Assembly (NCBI RefSeq): GCF_964355755.1
Contig: NC_092673.1
Location: 21,511,648 to 21,575,647, forward strand
From: Antedon mediterranea
Taxonomy: Eukaryota; Animalia; Echinodermata
Direction: 5' to 3'
DNA length: 64,000 nt
The notes under the pieces are model-generated. The model saw only the letters and a list, made by a program, of their open reading frames with translations, was not told the DNA's origin and did no database searches. Below are positions 23,501-34,500 of the stretch, piece by piece (the stretch's first letter is position 1; the number at the start of each line of letters is the position of its first letter). The translations under genes were made by a program, and so were the position numbers.

Positions 23501-26437
23501 TTTCAACTACTATCTTTTTTTTTTTTTTTTTTTTAAACCATATTTAATGAGGGTGATCCATCCAGCTGTTGCTGATCATTAGGGACCCTCAGAGGTTCAC
23601 AAGACAAACATATACACAAGATGCTCTACATAAACAAAGTCTTATTACAAGTCTTTGGGAGTGGGGTAATCTTGAAACAAAAGTTCGCTAATATGTGGGT
23701 GGTAAACCGACAGTATTATCAAGAGATTTTTAGCATTGCTTGCTGCCCATTATTGTATTGCCAGTAGAATAAAAATGGCAATTGTGCTTTCTAGTAAACA
23801 ATTATTACCCATTAATCCATAAATAATAAATCTAAATTGTTTGCTGATTTCTTACCAAACATTTTTAATTACATTTTAGGTTATCTTTAGTGAGAAGGCG
23901 ACTAAGTCTATTACGAGTGCTAGTGAAGACTCCAGGTATAAATTCTCTCTTTTATTTTAATGAGAATACCCTAAATACAGTGCTTTACTTCTTTGTTTTA
24001 AACATTGTAGATTACTGAGATTACTTATTACTTCATATATTGCCATGAACACCACTATTCATATTTTCTTTTAATTGTTTATCTTTATTTAAATCCAAAA
24101 TTAAGGATGGTATGTAATTGGTTCTTGTAGACCTTGTTGATGTGCTTTTGTCTTGTGTTTTTTTATGTAAAACAGTCTGTAAATGGCTGGCTCCCCGCTG
24201 TTGATTGCGAATTTAAATAAAAATGTTTTAAACATCCTACACTCCTCTTGATGTAATGTCAATTTCATTTTGATTTGATACTTAACTATATTTTTAGTTT
24301 GACAGAAGACAAGAAACAAGCAGCTGTTCGTTTGCTCAACTTAATGGATGTGTGTAATCAGGTAAAGCAAATTAATGATTACAAATTTGAAAGAAATATG
24401 ATACTGTATTTATTGGAATAAACACCCCGCTTTGAATAAATTACTCCCTCGAATATACGCCCCTGTAGAATATCATTTTAAATAAACGCTCCCTCGAATA
24501 AACGCCCCAAAACCTTTATTTATTTCCTCTAATAAACACCCTACAACATTCATATATACACAATATTGTGTTTCAACACATTTCTATTTGTAGTAGAATT
24601 CATTGATTGACATGATCTACAATTTTTACTGTATTTTATCACTTCTCAATAATAATTATGTTAAATTTTTTCATAATTAGGGGGTATTTATTTGATTATC
24701 ATGTTACCATGTTACACCCAAAAAAAATAAATGCCTTCTCAAATAAATGTCTTGCTCGAATAAATTTCCCCTCCCTTAAAAAGCCTCCCGAACGCCGTTT
24801 ATTTGAATAAATACGGTAGATATTGGTCTATTTTTAGGTTGAAATCAATGTCAACATCTTATGATTTAAAGGTATAAGTAACATTTTTGTTTAGACTGTG
24901 GGAGATGCAATTTCAGACATGTTACTTGTAGAGTCTATTTTAGAGGCTAGGCTGTGGAGTTTAGAAGACTGGAACAGTGCTTATACTGACTTACCAAACA
25001 GACTACTGAAAGTTAAGGTAAGTAAAACATATTTTGTAATAATTTAATAAACATTTTACTAAAACACAGAGCACATACGCACATTCTTTCGTTGGTCATC
25101 ACAATTAGGACTGGAATCAGACAAAGCAAAACAATCACGCCCCAGTGTTCCCGTTTGCTTACAATGAGGTGAATTGATCGACATACTATGTCCTAGTTCA
25201 TTCAGTGGCATTAGGCAGAGGCTGGAGGCCTTGAGAGTTTTTAGCCTTTTCAGCATATTTTAATGCCTGTTTTTTCCTCTGGGCGCTGCTCATGGGCCCC
25301 ATAAGCTCCGGGGCCCCTGTGTTTATCCAGTGAGCGATCATAGCTGTTATGCCACTGAGGTCAATGTAAATAAAAAGCTTCCTATTATCGCATAATAAAA
25401 GTAATTCTTAACCTTTTCAGTTCTCCTATAATGAATATAAACATTATTTCCAGTTCTTTCTAAGAAAACCTAAATGAAGTAATCATCCATGTTTATTTTT
25501 AGGTTGAAGATAGAAATGCAATCCAAACAACAGATTCAGAGCGTAAAGCAACATCACCTGTGGGGTTACAGATGGCTATTGACACTACAGTTGCAAAATA
25601 CAGTAAATCAAGGTCGTTTGTTAGACCATCCGGTACAGAGGATGTTGTCAGAGTTTACGCAGAAGCAGACAATCAGGTAATATATATTTACAGTTTTATA
25701 TTTACTTACATGGTCTTTTAAAATAGTGTGGCCAAGTGGTCAAGACAAAAACTTAACCCATAGCATAATACCGGCAAGGCGTCAATGCTCAATTGAACTT
25801 TCTGCATTGTTCTGGTGGTGGAATAAGTCTTCTCGGATAAGGACTGCTGTGTACAAAGAGAGGTAACCCCTGGACAGCCAAGAGAGCACCTGAATTAGCA
25901 CTAGTTACATGTAGTGTAACAAGTCCACAATGCAATGAACATATACATTTTTGATACAAGATATATTTTCCCCCTAAAAAAAAAGAATTTTTTTACATTT
26001 TTGTTGTTGAATAAGCCAATTTTAATGTCACATAATAGTCATTCACTTTGACCAAAATCTGGGTCCAAAAAAAATTAAAGCAAGCATTTAAAGCAAAATA
26101 TATACCTAAATTGTTTGTCAGACAATTGTTTTTCTATTAAAATTAACCGTTTCTTTTGTCTAATAATTAATTTTGATGATTTTTTTCTACAGAAGTAAAT
26201 AACTTTATTAAAGCTGCAAAAATTCTATTAATCTTTATTTTTCATGTTTTTGGAAGACAATACTTCTTTAACAGATAGAATGAACAGTTGTTGTTTCTTA
26301 TTTATTATTGTAAACAAAGTTTGTTTTTTTCTTGTTTCTAGACATCGGCTGATCAGCTTGCGTATGATGTGGCTGTCTTGGTTCATAAACTCGCAGGTGG
26401 AGTTGGGGACCCACCAACGCCACCAATGAGCAGTTAG
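14536..26437 (+). CDS. PGM3: Phosphoacetylglucosamine mutase (PGM3/AGM1), about 548 aa. Coding exons: 14536-14633, 14940-15010, 16660-16789, 17067-17162, 17828-17901, 18253-18380, 20789-20941, 21129-21171, 21931-22011, 22262-22305, 22656-22769, 23162-23263, 23880-23935, 24298-24361, 24895-25017, 25503-25676, 26342-26437
   Basis: The spliced frame is continuous (1647 nt) with GT-AG introns. It contains YGTAGFR, catalytic-serine loop TASHNP, metal loop DGDADR, QTAYANG, sugar-binding YFEANGHGT and phosphate loop [15 protein letters not shown]. Confidence 0.97.
14652..14853. mobile_element. hAT-type MITE (~200 bp, 8-bp TSD). Related copies at 17483-17685, 25203-25357, 26791-26935 (truncated) and about 30346-30521
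   Basis: TIR CAGTG(G/A)CGTAACG / CGTTACGCCACTG. Perfect TSD ACAATAAT (14644-14651, 14854-14861). Internal sequence is shared among the copies. Confidence 0.85.
15160..16620. repeat. 71-bp C-rich, essentially G-free minisatellite (about 18-19 copies) in a PGM3 intron
   Basis: Unit CATCTATCCCATTTATCTATTCCATTCATCCATCCCTTCCACCCATCCCATCTATACCATCCACCCACCCC starts at 15281, 15352, 15423 and onward. Confidence 0.97.
18427..20170. repeat. 58-bp minisatellite, about 30 near-identical copies, in a PGM3 intron
   Basis: Unit CCCTGAATAGTGATTTGCTGTAGTGTTAAAACATATACAATGCCTCACGTTCAGTGTC repeated head-to-tail. Confidence 0.97.
20280..20665 (+). mobile_element. L2/CR1-group LINE 3' remnant
   Basis: Translates to [15 protein letters not shown]...[27 protein letters not shown] with an in-frame stop. 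This is the typical C-terminus of L2/CR1 ORF2, followed by a short tandem tail. Confidence 0.8.
21253..21680. mobile_element. Non-autonomous TIR element (Kolobok-like)
   Basis: TAGGTACTTTACGAAACA / TGTTTCGTAAAGTCTCTA inverted termini, each flanked by TTAA. Confidence 0.6.
22058..22202. mobile_element. Kolobok-like MITE with TTAA TSD
   Basis: TTAA|AGATGTACTGTCC ... GGACAATACATCT|TTAA. Confidence 0.7.
22936..23096. mobile_element. PIF/Harbinger-type MITE family A. Other copies: about 27725-27850 (partial), 40967-41160 (variant ends), 45463-45621, 60441-60602, 62038-62242
   Basis: TIR AGCTCTGTCTACACTATCAAAC / TTTGATAGTGTAGACAGAGCT, TWA-like flanks, shared internal CCCAAATATGGTAGTGATATGAC motif. 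Confidence 0.8.
23515..23700 (-). mobile_element. Retroposon 3' end with conserved terminal stem-loop. Related copies at about 52497-52830 (-) and 60080-60220 (+)
   Basis: Poly-T then GAGGGTGATCCATCCAGC..GCTGATCATTAGGGACCCTC. A matching motif occurs at 52521, and a reverse-complement version followed by an AAAT tail at 60163. Confidence 0.6.
24404..24816. mobile_element. Tc1/mariner-superfamily MITE (TA TSD)
   Basis: TA|CTGTATTTATTGGAATAAAC ... GTTTATTTGAATAAATACGG|TA with internal GAATAAACGC repeats. Confidence 0.7.
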
Positions 26438-28665
26438 TTTATGTAATACCACCACAAATCTTAGCCAAACAAAAGCATTCCAAGATATATATTTTATGTG
26501 ATAAGCGCTTTCTATTATATGTAGCTTACGACTGAAGCATAGTGGCAATAAACCAAAGCACGGCATGATGGGCATATGTATGAATTACGAAATTGTAACA
26601 GATTTAAAAACAACAAAATGGAATAAAGGCCTAAACAGATTAGTATATTTTCAAGTTTTAACATTTATTCAGAGAGCCAGTTGGGACTAATTTGGGATTT
26701 TGGAAACAAATATTGAATTGCAAGAAATGGGATAGAATTAAAATCTCTGGCTAGTGTTAAATCATTGCAAACTGTGAAAAGAAAAACAAACAGTGGCGTA
26801 ACACTGACGCCCCTGGTTCAGACACTCTTAGTGGCGCTGGAAGCTGATGCTTTCAGCCTTTTTAGACGTATTTTTAAAGCCTGTTGTTTTTCTGGGCTCT
26901 TTTCAGGGGCCCCTGTAAGCTCTGGGTTAAGCCAGTATGCCAAACACTTATGCGCATGTTTTTAGGCCTAATTTTAAGTCTAAATGCCTTAACTGTGAGT
27001 GGTCATTACATTCTCTATATTTACTGATAAATCCTGAGGAGAGAGAATGGTTATTATTAGCTTTTTTAATAGACGATTTTAAGTACTTAACATTTTATTC
27101 AGTATTTTATTAGGTCATTTTATATATGTGCCTTTTGACATTTTTAATATATACACATTTTTTATAGTTGATTATACAACATTAATGTCAATCATTTACA
27201 AATTACACTTGTTTATCAGGGAAAAAGGAAATGAAAATTACAGTACCTATTTTCACACTATGTTTATCTTCAATACTTTTTAATTTATATCGTCATTTAC
27301 TTTAGAAAAGCTTATTTATTTAAAAAAAAATTATTTTAGTACTGTACTGTGTAATAGTGTAATGCTTATTATGTGCTTATACAGCTTAATAAATATGACA
27401 TTTGTTCATTCCTACTAATTCTTGTTTATATACCACATGTATTCAAAATCAATGTACCTCCATAAAACCACCATAGTCAGGTTCGGATCCAGGATTTTGT
27501 AAAAGGTGGGAGGGGGAGCGCAACTGTAGAGAGTCCACCATGATGGGGCTGAGTTGTGGCTGCATCAATCGACCAATCAGATATACCAGTTTCTGATCGT
27601 TTTTTTTTTCAACACAATCGGTCAAGAGGTTGCGACAGCAACAATGTGACACAACACGTGAGTGTCCGCAACCGCTCATATACGTACAACTATGCATGTG
27701 TTGCTTGCATGCTGTGCCCTATAAAACTAGTTTGACAACAAAAGTAGGCCAACTATGATGTGGCCAAATATGGTAGTGATATGACATCATTGTATCCATA
27801 TATGGACACATTGTTTTGTCACATAAAGTTTGGTAGTGTTGACAGAGCTTTATATAATGTCTGTGACCGCGCATTTTAACTAACGCTTGCGCATCGCCAT
27901 GACTTAGGCCCTACTCGTAACGTTGGGATGATACGTCGCTTAAGATTGGATAAACCAAACTCTCCTCTCCTATAAGATTTTGTCCTAGGGTAAAATATAG
28001 AATAGGATTAAGAGGGTATTAAGAATGTACATCGAAATAGCTCCCTTCTCCCTACCTATAAAATGCAGCTATTTGATACAACCAACACTGAAGTCAAATC
28101 GAATTTGTTAAAAGTCTACATAATTTAATACTGTTACCATTCTAGAGCAATGGGCCCTATATTAATTTAATACTATGCTCATAGACAGGTGGATCCTAAG
28201 GCGTCTCCCACACATTGTCAAAGCAAAGTAGGCCTATCGATCCGTATTTTGCATTCTTTTATGGACATAGGCTGTATCCCCGTTACCGAATTTGTTTATA
28301 TACCTGTTCTTTTGTTATTGACAAACCCATCAACCTTACACGCATCAGATGTATGGCTTAAACTGCCTATTCTTTTCATAGATCGGATTTGGGTTAGACA
28401 TTAATTTAATATTTGTGTACTGTAAGTAAAAGTTGTTATTGTTCATTTAAAGTTCCGTTTTAATTGAGTGAATTTACAGCGTTTGAATGTTCGTATGTAC
28501 ATGTATAGAATTCGGACAGTAATACTGTACATTAATCTACATCTATATCTCAAAACAGTCCGATGTAGGCCTACCTTAAACTGGTCAAGCAGATCTGTAT
28601 TCTTTTTGTTAAAATATTTTTCTCGTAGATGAATTCTGTAATTTAACTTCAACAATGCCGTAGGA

Positions 28666-31474
28666 ATGACAAATATAAGCCCAGCTGGACAGAGGGAAAT
28701 TATTAGGGTAAGTGTGCTGCTTTACATGCCTTTAGTCTTCTTGTTATTTTTCTCTTTTCTGTGTTACAACTGGTTACAAAACACGAAGATCCCTCCATCA
28801 ATCAATTCGCCTACGTTTGATTTCTGCTGCATGCCCTGTGTTTAATTTGTGTACACCCGAATAGAATATGAATCGACCACTATACAATTTAATTAAATAT
28901 ATATATATATTTATCGTTTTTTTTTTGTATCTCCATTGAGATCCAGCCACTGATACCCACAGCATTGTCATTTGTTCAGTAATTTGCCTTTGGATTTATA
29001 TATATATATATATGCCTAAAATACGATTTTTTTGTCTTAGGAAATGTGCAATGCAATTCAACATGGTAGGAGACACGACGTAGAGACGATTCTTGATGAT
29101 AATGAAGAGTTTATCAATGCAGATGAGGTATGCCTAGGTATATGCATGATATTTCTAGATGGACCCCTTTTTCCAAAACAGGGTTTATAACGGAGTTTCT
29201 AAAGCTTGGTTCCCCCTAGAACGTAACGCAAGGACGTAAACGCAACGCAAGCGTTTTAACCAATGACAAGCGAAGTTATAGACGGTTAGGAATCACAAGC
29301 GAATAAGCCATCGCTTGTGATTGGTCAAATTACTTGCGTTGCGTTACGTCCTTGCGTTGCGTCGCTAGTGGGAACCACGCTTTAGCGACGCAACGTAAGA
29401 AAATGCCCTCCCATTAAGCATGGTTCCCACTAGCGACGCAACGCAAGGACGTAACGCAACGCAAGTGAATTGCCCAATCACAAGCGATGGCTTATTCGCT
29501 TGTGATTGCTAGCTGTCTATAACTTCGCTTGTCATTGGTTAAAACGCTTGCGTTGCGTTTACGTCCTTGCGTTACGTTCTAGTGGGAACCAAGCTTTAAT
29601 GGTGTTTGCGTGAAATCAAACCTGCGATGTTTGCAGCACTGTTGTTGCGTCGTCGGCTCCCACTTGTGAATACGCAATACAACTTTGCGTCGATACGTCC
29701 GCTGCGTTACGTTGCGTTCTAGTGGGAACCACGCTTACGCAACTTTAGGAAATGTTAATTGCGCTAGTAGGAACCACGCTTAACGCATTCCGAATTTCGT
29801 ACAAAACGTACGTGCGTGAACGAAAACGTAACGTAACCGTATTACAGGACCGAACTTAGGCTCAGTATGAATATGCGTAAAAAATATGATTTTAAGTGCG
29901 TCATTGGCGGTAATGTAAACAATGGTGCTGAAAATACTAATTGTGATGATAATTACGTAACCTTTTTACCAAATAGGGTGGAAACATGGTAGCCAAATCT
30001 CTTTACCGAAACTTTCTGATGTTGGCCATTGATGCATTGGAGACGGATATATCAACCTTGCTCATCGATAGAGGGATTGACATCAACCATAAATGCTGGG
30101 TTTGTTGTACTGTATTATATATAGCATGATCTATTTAATTCATTTACCCAACTCTTTAATTCATTTACTCATGTCTTTATTGTTTGTAATATTTGATAAC
30201 AGTGTGTTAATGGAAAGCAGTCCGCTCGAGATTTAGCTATTGAGAATGGGTTAAACGACGTCGTAGACATGATAGACAGTAGACTTCCAATTTCAATGGT
30301 AAGTAGTTAATTTTTATTTGCAAGGCAGTTTATTTATTACGGTTTGAGTAGTGTAACGCACAGGCCTGAGACCCTTGGATTAGGAAACCTAAGTTAACCC
30401 TCACCTTCGGGTGTTTTTAGCCTTTTTCGGCATATTTTTACCCCTAGGCACTGCTCAGAGGCTCCTAAGCACCGGGGTCCCTGACTTTAGCCAGTGAGCG
30501 CCCATAGCCGTTACGCCACTGGTTTTGATAAAAACCTAATTTCCCTAACTGATTTGATACAGCCAATCCCAATTTTGCTGCTGAATACAATTTTTAAAAA
30601 TAAGTTTACTTTTTTTTATTGACAGCAATTGTTCGCAGCTGTTTCCGATGGAAGTTTAACCAGAACAAAGCAACTCATTTCTCATATTGACGCTGATATT
30701 AACATGAAAGTGGTAAGCAAAATGAATAGAGTATAAAACCCCTCCTTTGTGACACCCTTTGATCCCTAAGCTTGGTTCCCACTAGAACGTAACGCAAGGA
30801 CGTAAACGCAACGCAAGCGTTTTAACCAATGACAAGCGAAGTTATAGACAGTTAGCAATCACAAGAGAATAAGCCATCGCTTGTGATTGGTCAATTCATT
30901 TGCGTTGCTTTACGTCCTTGCGTTGCGTCGCTAGTGGGAACCACGCTAACGCTTGGTTCCCACTAGTGACGCAATGTAACGGAATCTACGCAACGTAAGC
31001 AAATGCCCTCCCAATAATTGTGTTTGCCCCGCCTGCGTGAAATCAAACCTGCGATGTTTGCAGCACTGTCGCGTCGTCGGTTCTTCCCACTTGTGATTAC
31101 GTAAAGCCACTAGCGGCACAACGCAGCGACGTATTGACGCAAAGTTATGTATTGCGTAATCACAAGTGGGAACCGACGACGCAACAGTGCTGCAAAAATC
31201 GCAGGTTTGATTTCACGTAGGCGGAGCAGACACAATGATTGAAAGGGCAATACATCACTTCGCGTCAATACGTCACTGCGTTGCGTTCTAGTGGGAACCA
31301 CCCTTTACCTTGCGTATATTGCAGGCCCGTAACCAGGGGGGGATCGGGGGGATCGTACGATCCCCCCCGCTGAACAGCGAGTTCCGCTTGGCCTCCCACT
31401 TTTTTTTTGCTGGGCATACTAACACAACACGACGATTGTTCACTACAGGCCTAGTCAAGCCTTAATAAATTAAA

Positions 31475-31508
<34 letters not shown>

Positions 31509-34500
31509 AACTAAAATATAAAAACCTAACACTAAAATTTACAAGATAAGTTCTATTTCATAACTGCTGAACATCGTGGTTCTGGAGCTAGCGAGCTGTA
31601 CACAGAGCATAGTTGTTGTTTGGTTGACATAACAGGGTATTCCCCTACACAGGTCTCCGCGTGCGTGTGTGACGTGCCCAGCCAGCTGCTTGATAGAGAA
31701 AGCATGCAGCTCACACGGACGCAAGTGCAAGATGCAATGGTTGAGTGAATTCAGGAATCATCTTAATTCCATGGTTTTTTACCTAAACACCACATGATGG
31801 TGAATATGCCTGTTAAAGTCTCAATGATACGATCCCTAATGTACCATGTTGTTGCGAGGAGGCTTGAAAGGAGGAGGGATCTAGCCTAATTTCGGTCGGC
31901 AAGAGAATGCCGTCCTCTGACAATATAAGGTCGGCAATTGAAATTTGTGGGCTGGAAATTACACCAACAATATAGTTCATAAACAAAAGAGAATAGCCGG
32001 AAATGCGATTTGCGGCCATAGGCCTATAGAGAAAAAAAATTCGAGGGTATGGTTCCAGTGGCGGATCTAGCGGGGGCGTATTTTTTTTTTAAATTAAAAT
32101 AGATTTTAAAAACACGTATTGTTTCGACGGTCATCAATCACCGATGGTTTGCACATTTTCATAGTGAAAATAGTACGTCGGAGCACATCGTCAGCTTGAT
32201 CGCATTCCACCAAGCATGTACGTCGACATCCTTTGTGTACTATCAATCTCTAGCGTTACCAACGATGTGTAAAAGGAGCAAGTTGATAAAAGCCACGTGG
32301 TGAGCTTGGTCGCGTTCCACTAAGCAGGCGGCATCCTTTGTGATCGTCACTCCCGCATTGTAGAGTAGCGGTACCTCAGACGATCAATAGAGTTGATGAA
32401 GCCACATGGTCAGTGCTACTATACTACGCGCCCATTTATTAAGTACAATAAAAACAAAGACTAGGACTGTATGCCTATGAAAATTATCCCGTTAGGGCTA
32501 AATTTTATAACGTATTACTATTAAAATATTAACAATGCTGCAGCATTTCATGACCCTTGTTGTTTTATTTGCTTTCCCGTCGATGATTCTCATAAACACA
32601 TCGCGATGACATCATGACAAAAGAGGTGTTTTGTTTTTTTCAAATCACTAAATATAATGTAATCGAGCCGGACCGCTAATTTTTAAACGATCGTTTAAAC
32701 CAGGTCGTTGAATATGCCGTGATTTTAATTGTCAAAAACATGACCGTCAGCAGTCGATGGCTCGGAGTTTCGATAAATCTGTCGTCGCATGTGTTGCGTG
32801 GTGAAAACACTCTCAGCAAGTTTGCTTCATTAATATGCATGAGACTCTGTGACGACCCGCTTTAACGTGACGTCATTTTACTTTAGCTGCATGCGAAGTA
32901 TAGTGACCGCGATCGACCCGGCGCGCGTGTAAAAAAATAATACCGGCCTAGACTAGGGCAAGTTTATAATAATATAATTTAGGTGAAAAAAATTGTCGCG
33001 TTGTAAAAATTTAGATGTAAAGTACAGGCAAGTTGTTAGCTTGCTTTTGGTACCCTAGGTAAGTATCAGCTGCATATTCCACATGTCGTAATTTGCGAGC
33101 TTTAGAGTGTTTGGTAAATGACATTATGAATTGTTTGTAAATCGTTTTAAACGACTTACAATGCGCTAGAATGCCAAAATTTCCCGGGGCCGTCGGCCCC
33201 TGGACCCCGACCGGGGGCCCTTGGCGGCCCCCTGGCCCCCAGCCAATGTTTGCTCGCTTCGCTCGCAAAGCTACGCCACCCCTATTTCAATATCCTGGAT
33301 CCGCCCCTGGGTTCCACTAAACAACTTAACGATCCACCCCGCCGTCAAACCTGGTTACGGCCCTGTATTGCGTTACGTTGCGTCACTAGTGGAGACAAGC
33401 TTTATGGTGTTCTACTCTATTTAATGACATGCGCATATCTTGGTTCTTGCTCAAGTTGCTTCTTATACGGTGCTATATCTAGGGACAATAAACTGCGATG
33501 TAGTCTCCTGACTACAATTTTTCTCCCACTATATACTATTGCCAAATACGTTATACCAACGTTTTTCGGTAAGCCACCAGTACTGTTTGGGACAATGGTC
33601 TGTGCTCTAGCTTCCCAATCAGCCTCGTTTTATTGTCTCTAGACATAGTGCCGTGTGAGAATCGGATTTACCGTTTCGGAAGTTTAATTGACTTTTGTAA
33701 ATTATTCAAAAATTGTAGAATTTATATGGCGAGAAGACACCGGGATGTTTAGCATTCACACTTTTAATGATCGCTATCAAACTCAACCATTCAGATGTAG
33801 CCGAGTTACTCGTTCAAGGAAATATAGATGTTGCATTTCAACATCAGGTAATTTATTGTAGGCCTACATTTACAGGATTTTCTTTCCTCTATACTTATCT
33901 CTGCATACAATACAAGAGAACCCCTCCTTTGTGACTCCTATTCAGCTCAAATGACCCGCCTATTAAAAATGAAATTTTCAATGTTTAATTTTTTATTGAC
34001 TATCACCGTACGTTACAGTATTGTCATAGAAAACAAACAAAAAATAGCACAAAATAAAAATGAACGTGATCAATATATATTTTAACACTATGGACACCCA
34101 AGACACTTGTTTGTTCCCAAAGTTGTCCCTTTAATAGAAGTTTATACATCATGCATGTATGGTGTGTATATGCTGTACAAACACAGTATTTCTGTACCGT
34201 CTACAAAACAGTATTTAAGCTTGATTCCAACTAGACAATACGAGGACGTAAGCGCAAAGTAAGCGAGTTGACCAATCACAAGCGATGATAATTCAAACTG
34301 TCGATTGTCATTGTTCAACTCTCTTGCGTTGCATCTACGTCCTTGCGTTGCGTTCTAGTGGGAGCCAAGCATAAAGCTTGGTTCCCACTAGAACGTAACG
34401 CAAGGACGTAAACGCAATGCAAGCGTTTTAACCAATCACAAGCGATGGCTTATTCGCTTGTGATTGCTAACTGTATATAACTTCGCTTGTCATTGGTTAA

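Noticed and set aside
25725-25885. Decayed SINE-like sequence (GTGGCCAAGTGGTCAAG ... TCGGATAAGGACT)
   Set aside because: Too degenerate to delimit, and not a tRNA gene.
25489-26575. ORFs 25489-25680, 26244-26429 and 26228-26575
   Set aside because: Alternative-frame or antisense shadows of real PGM3 exons.
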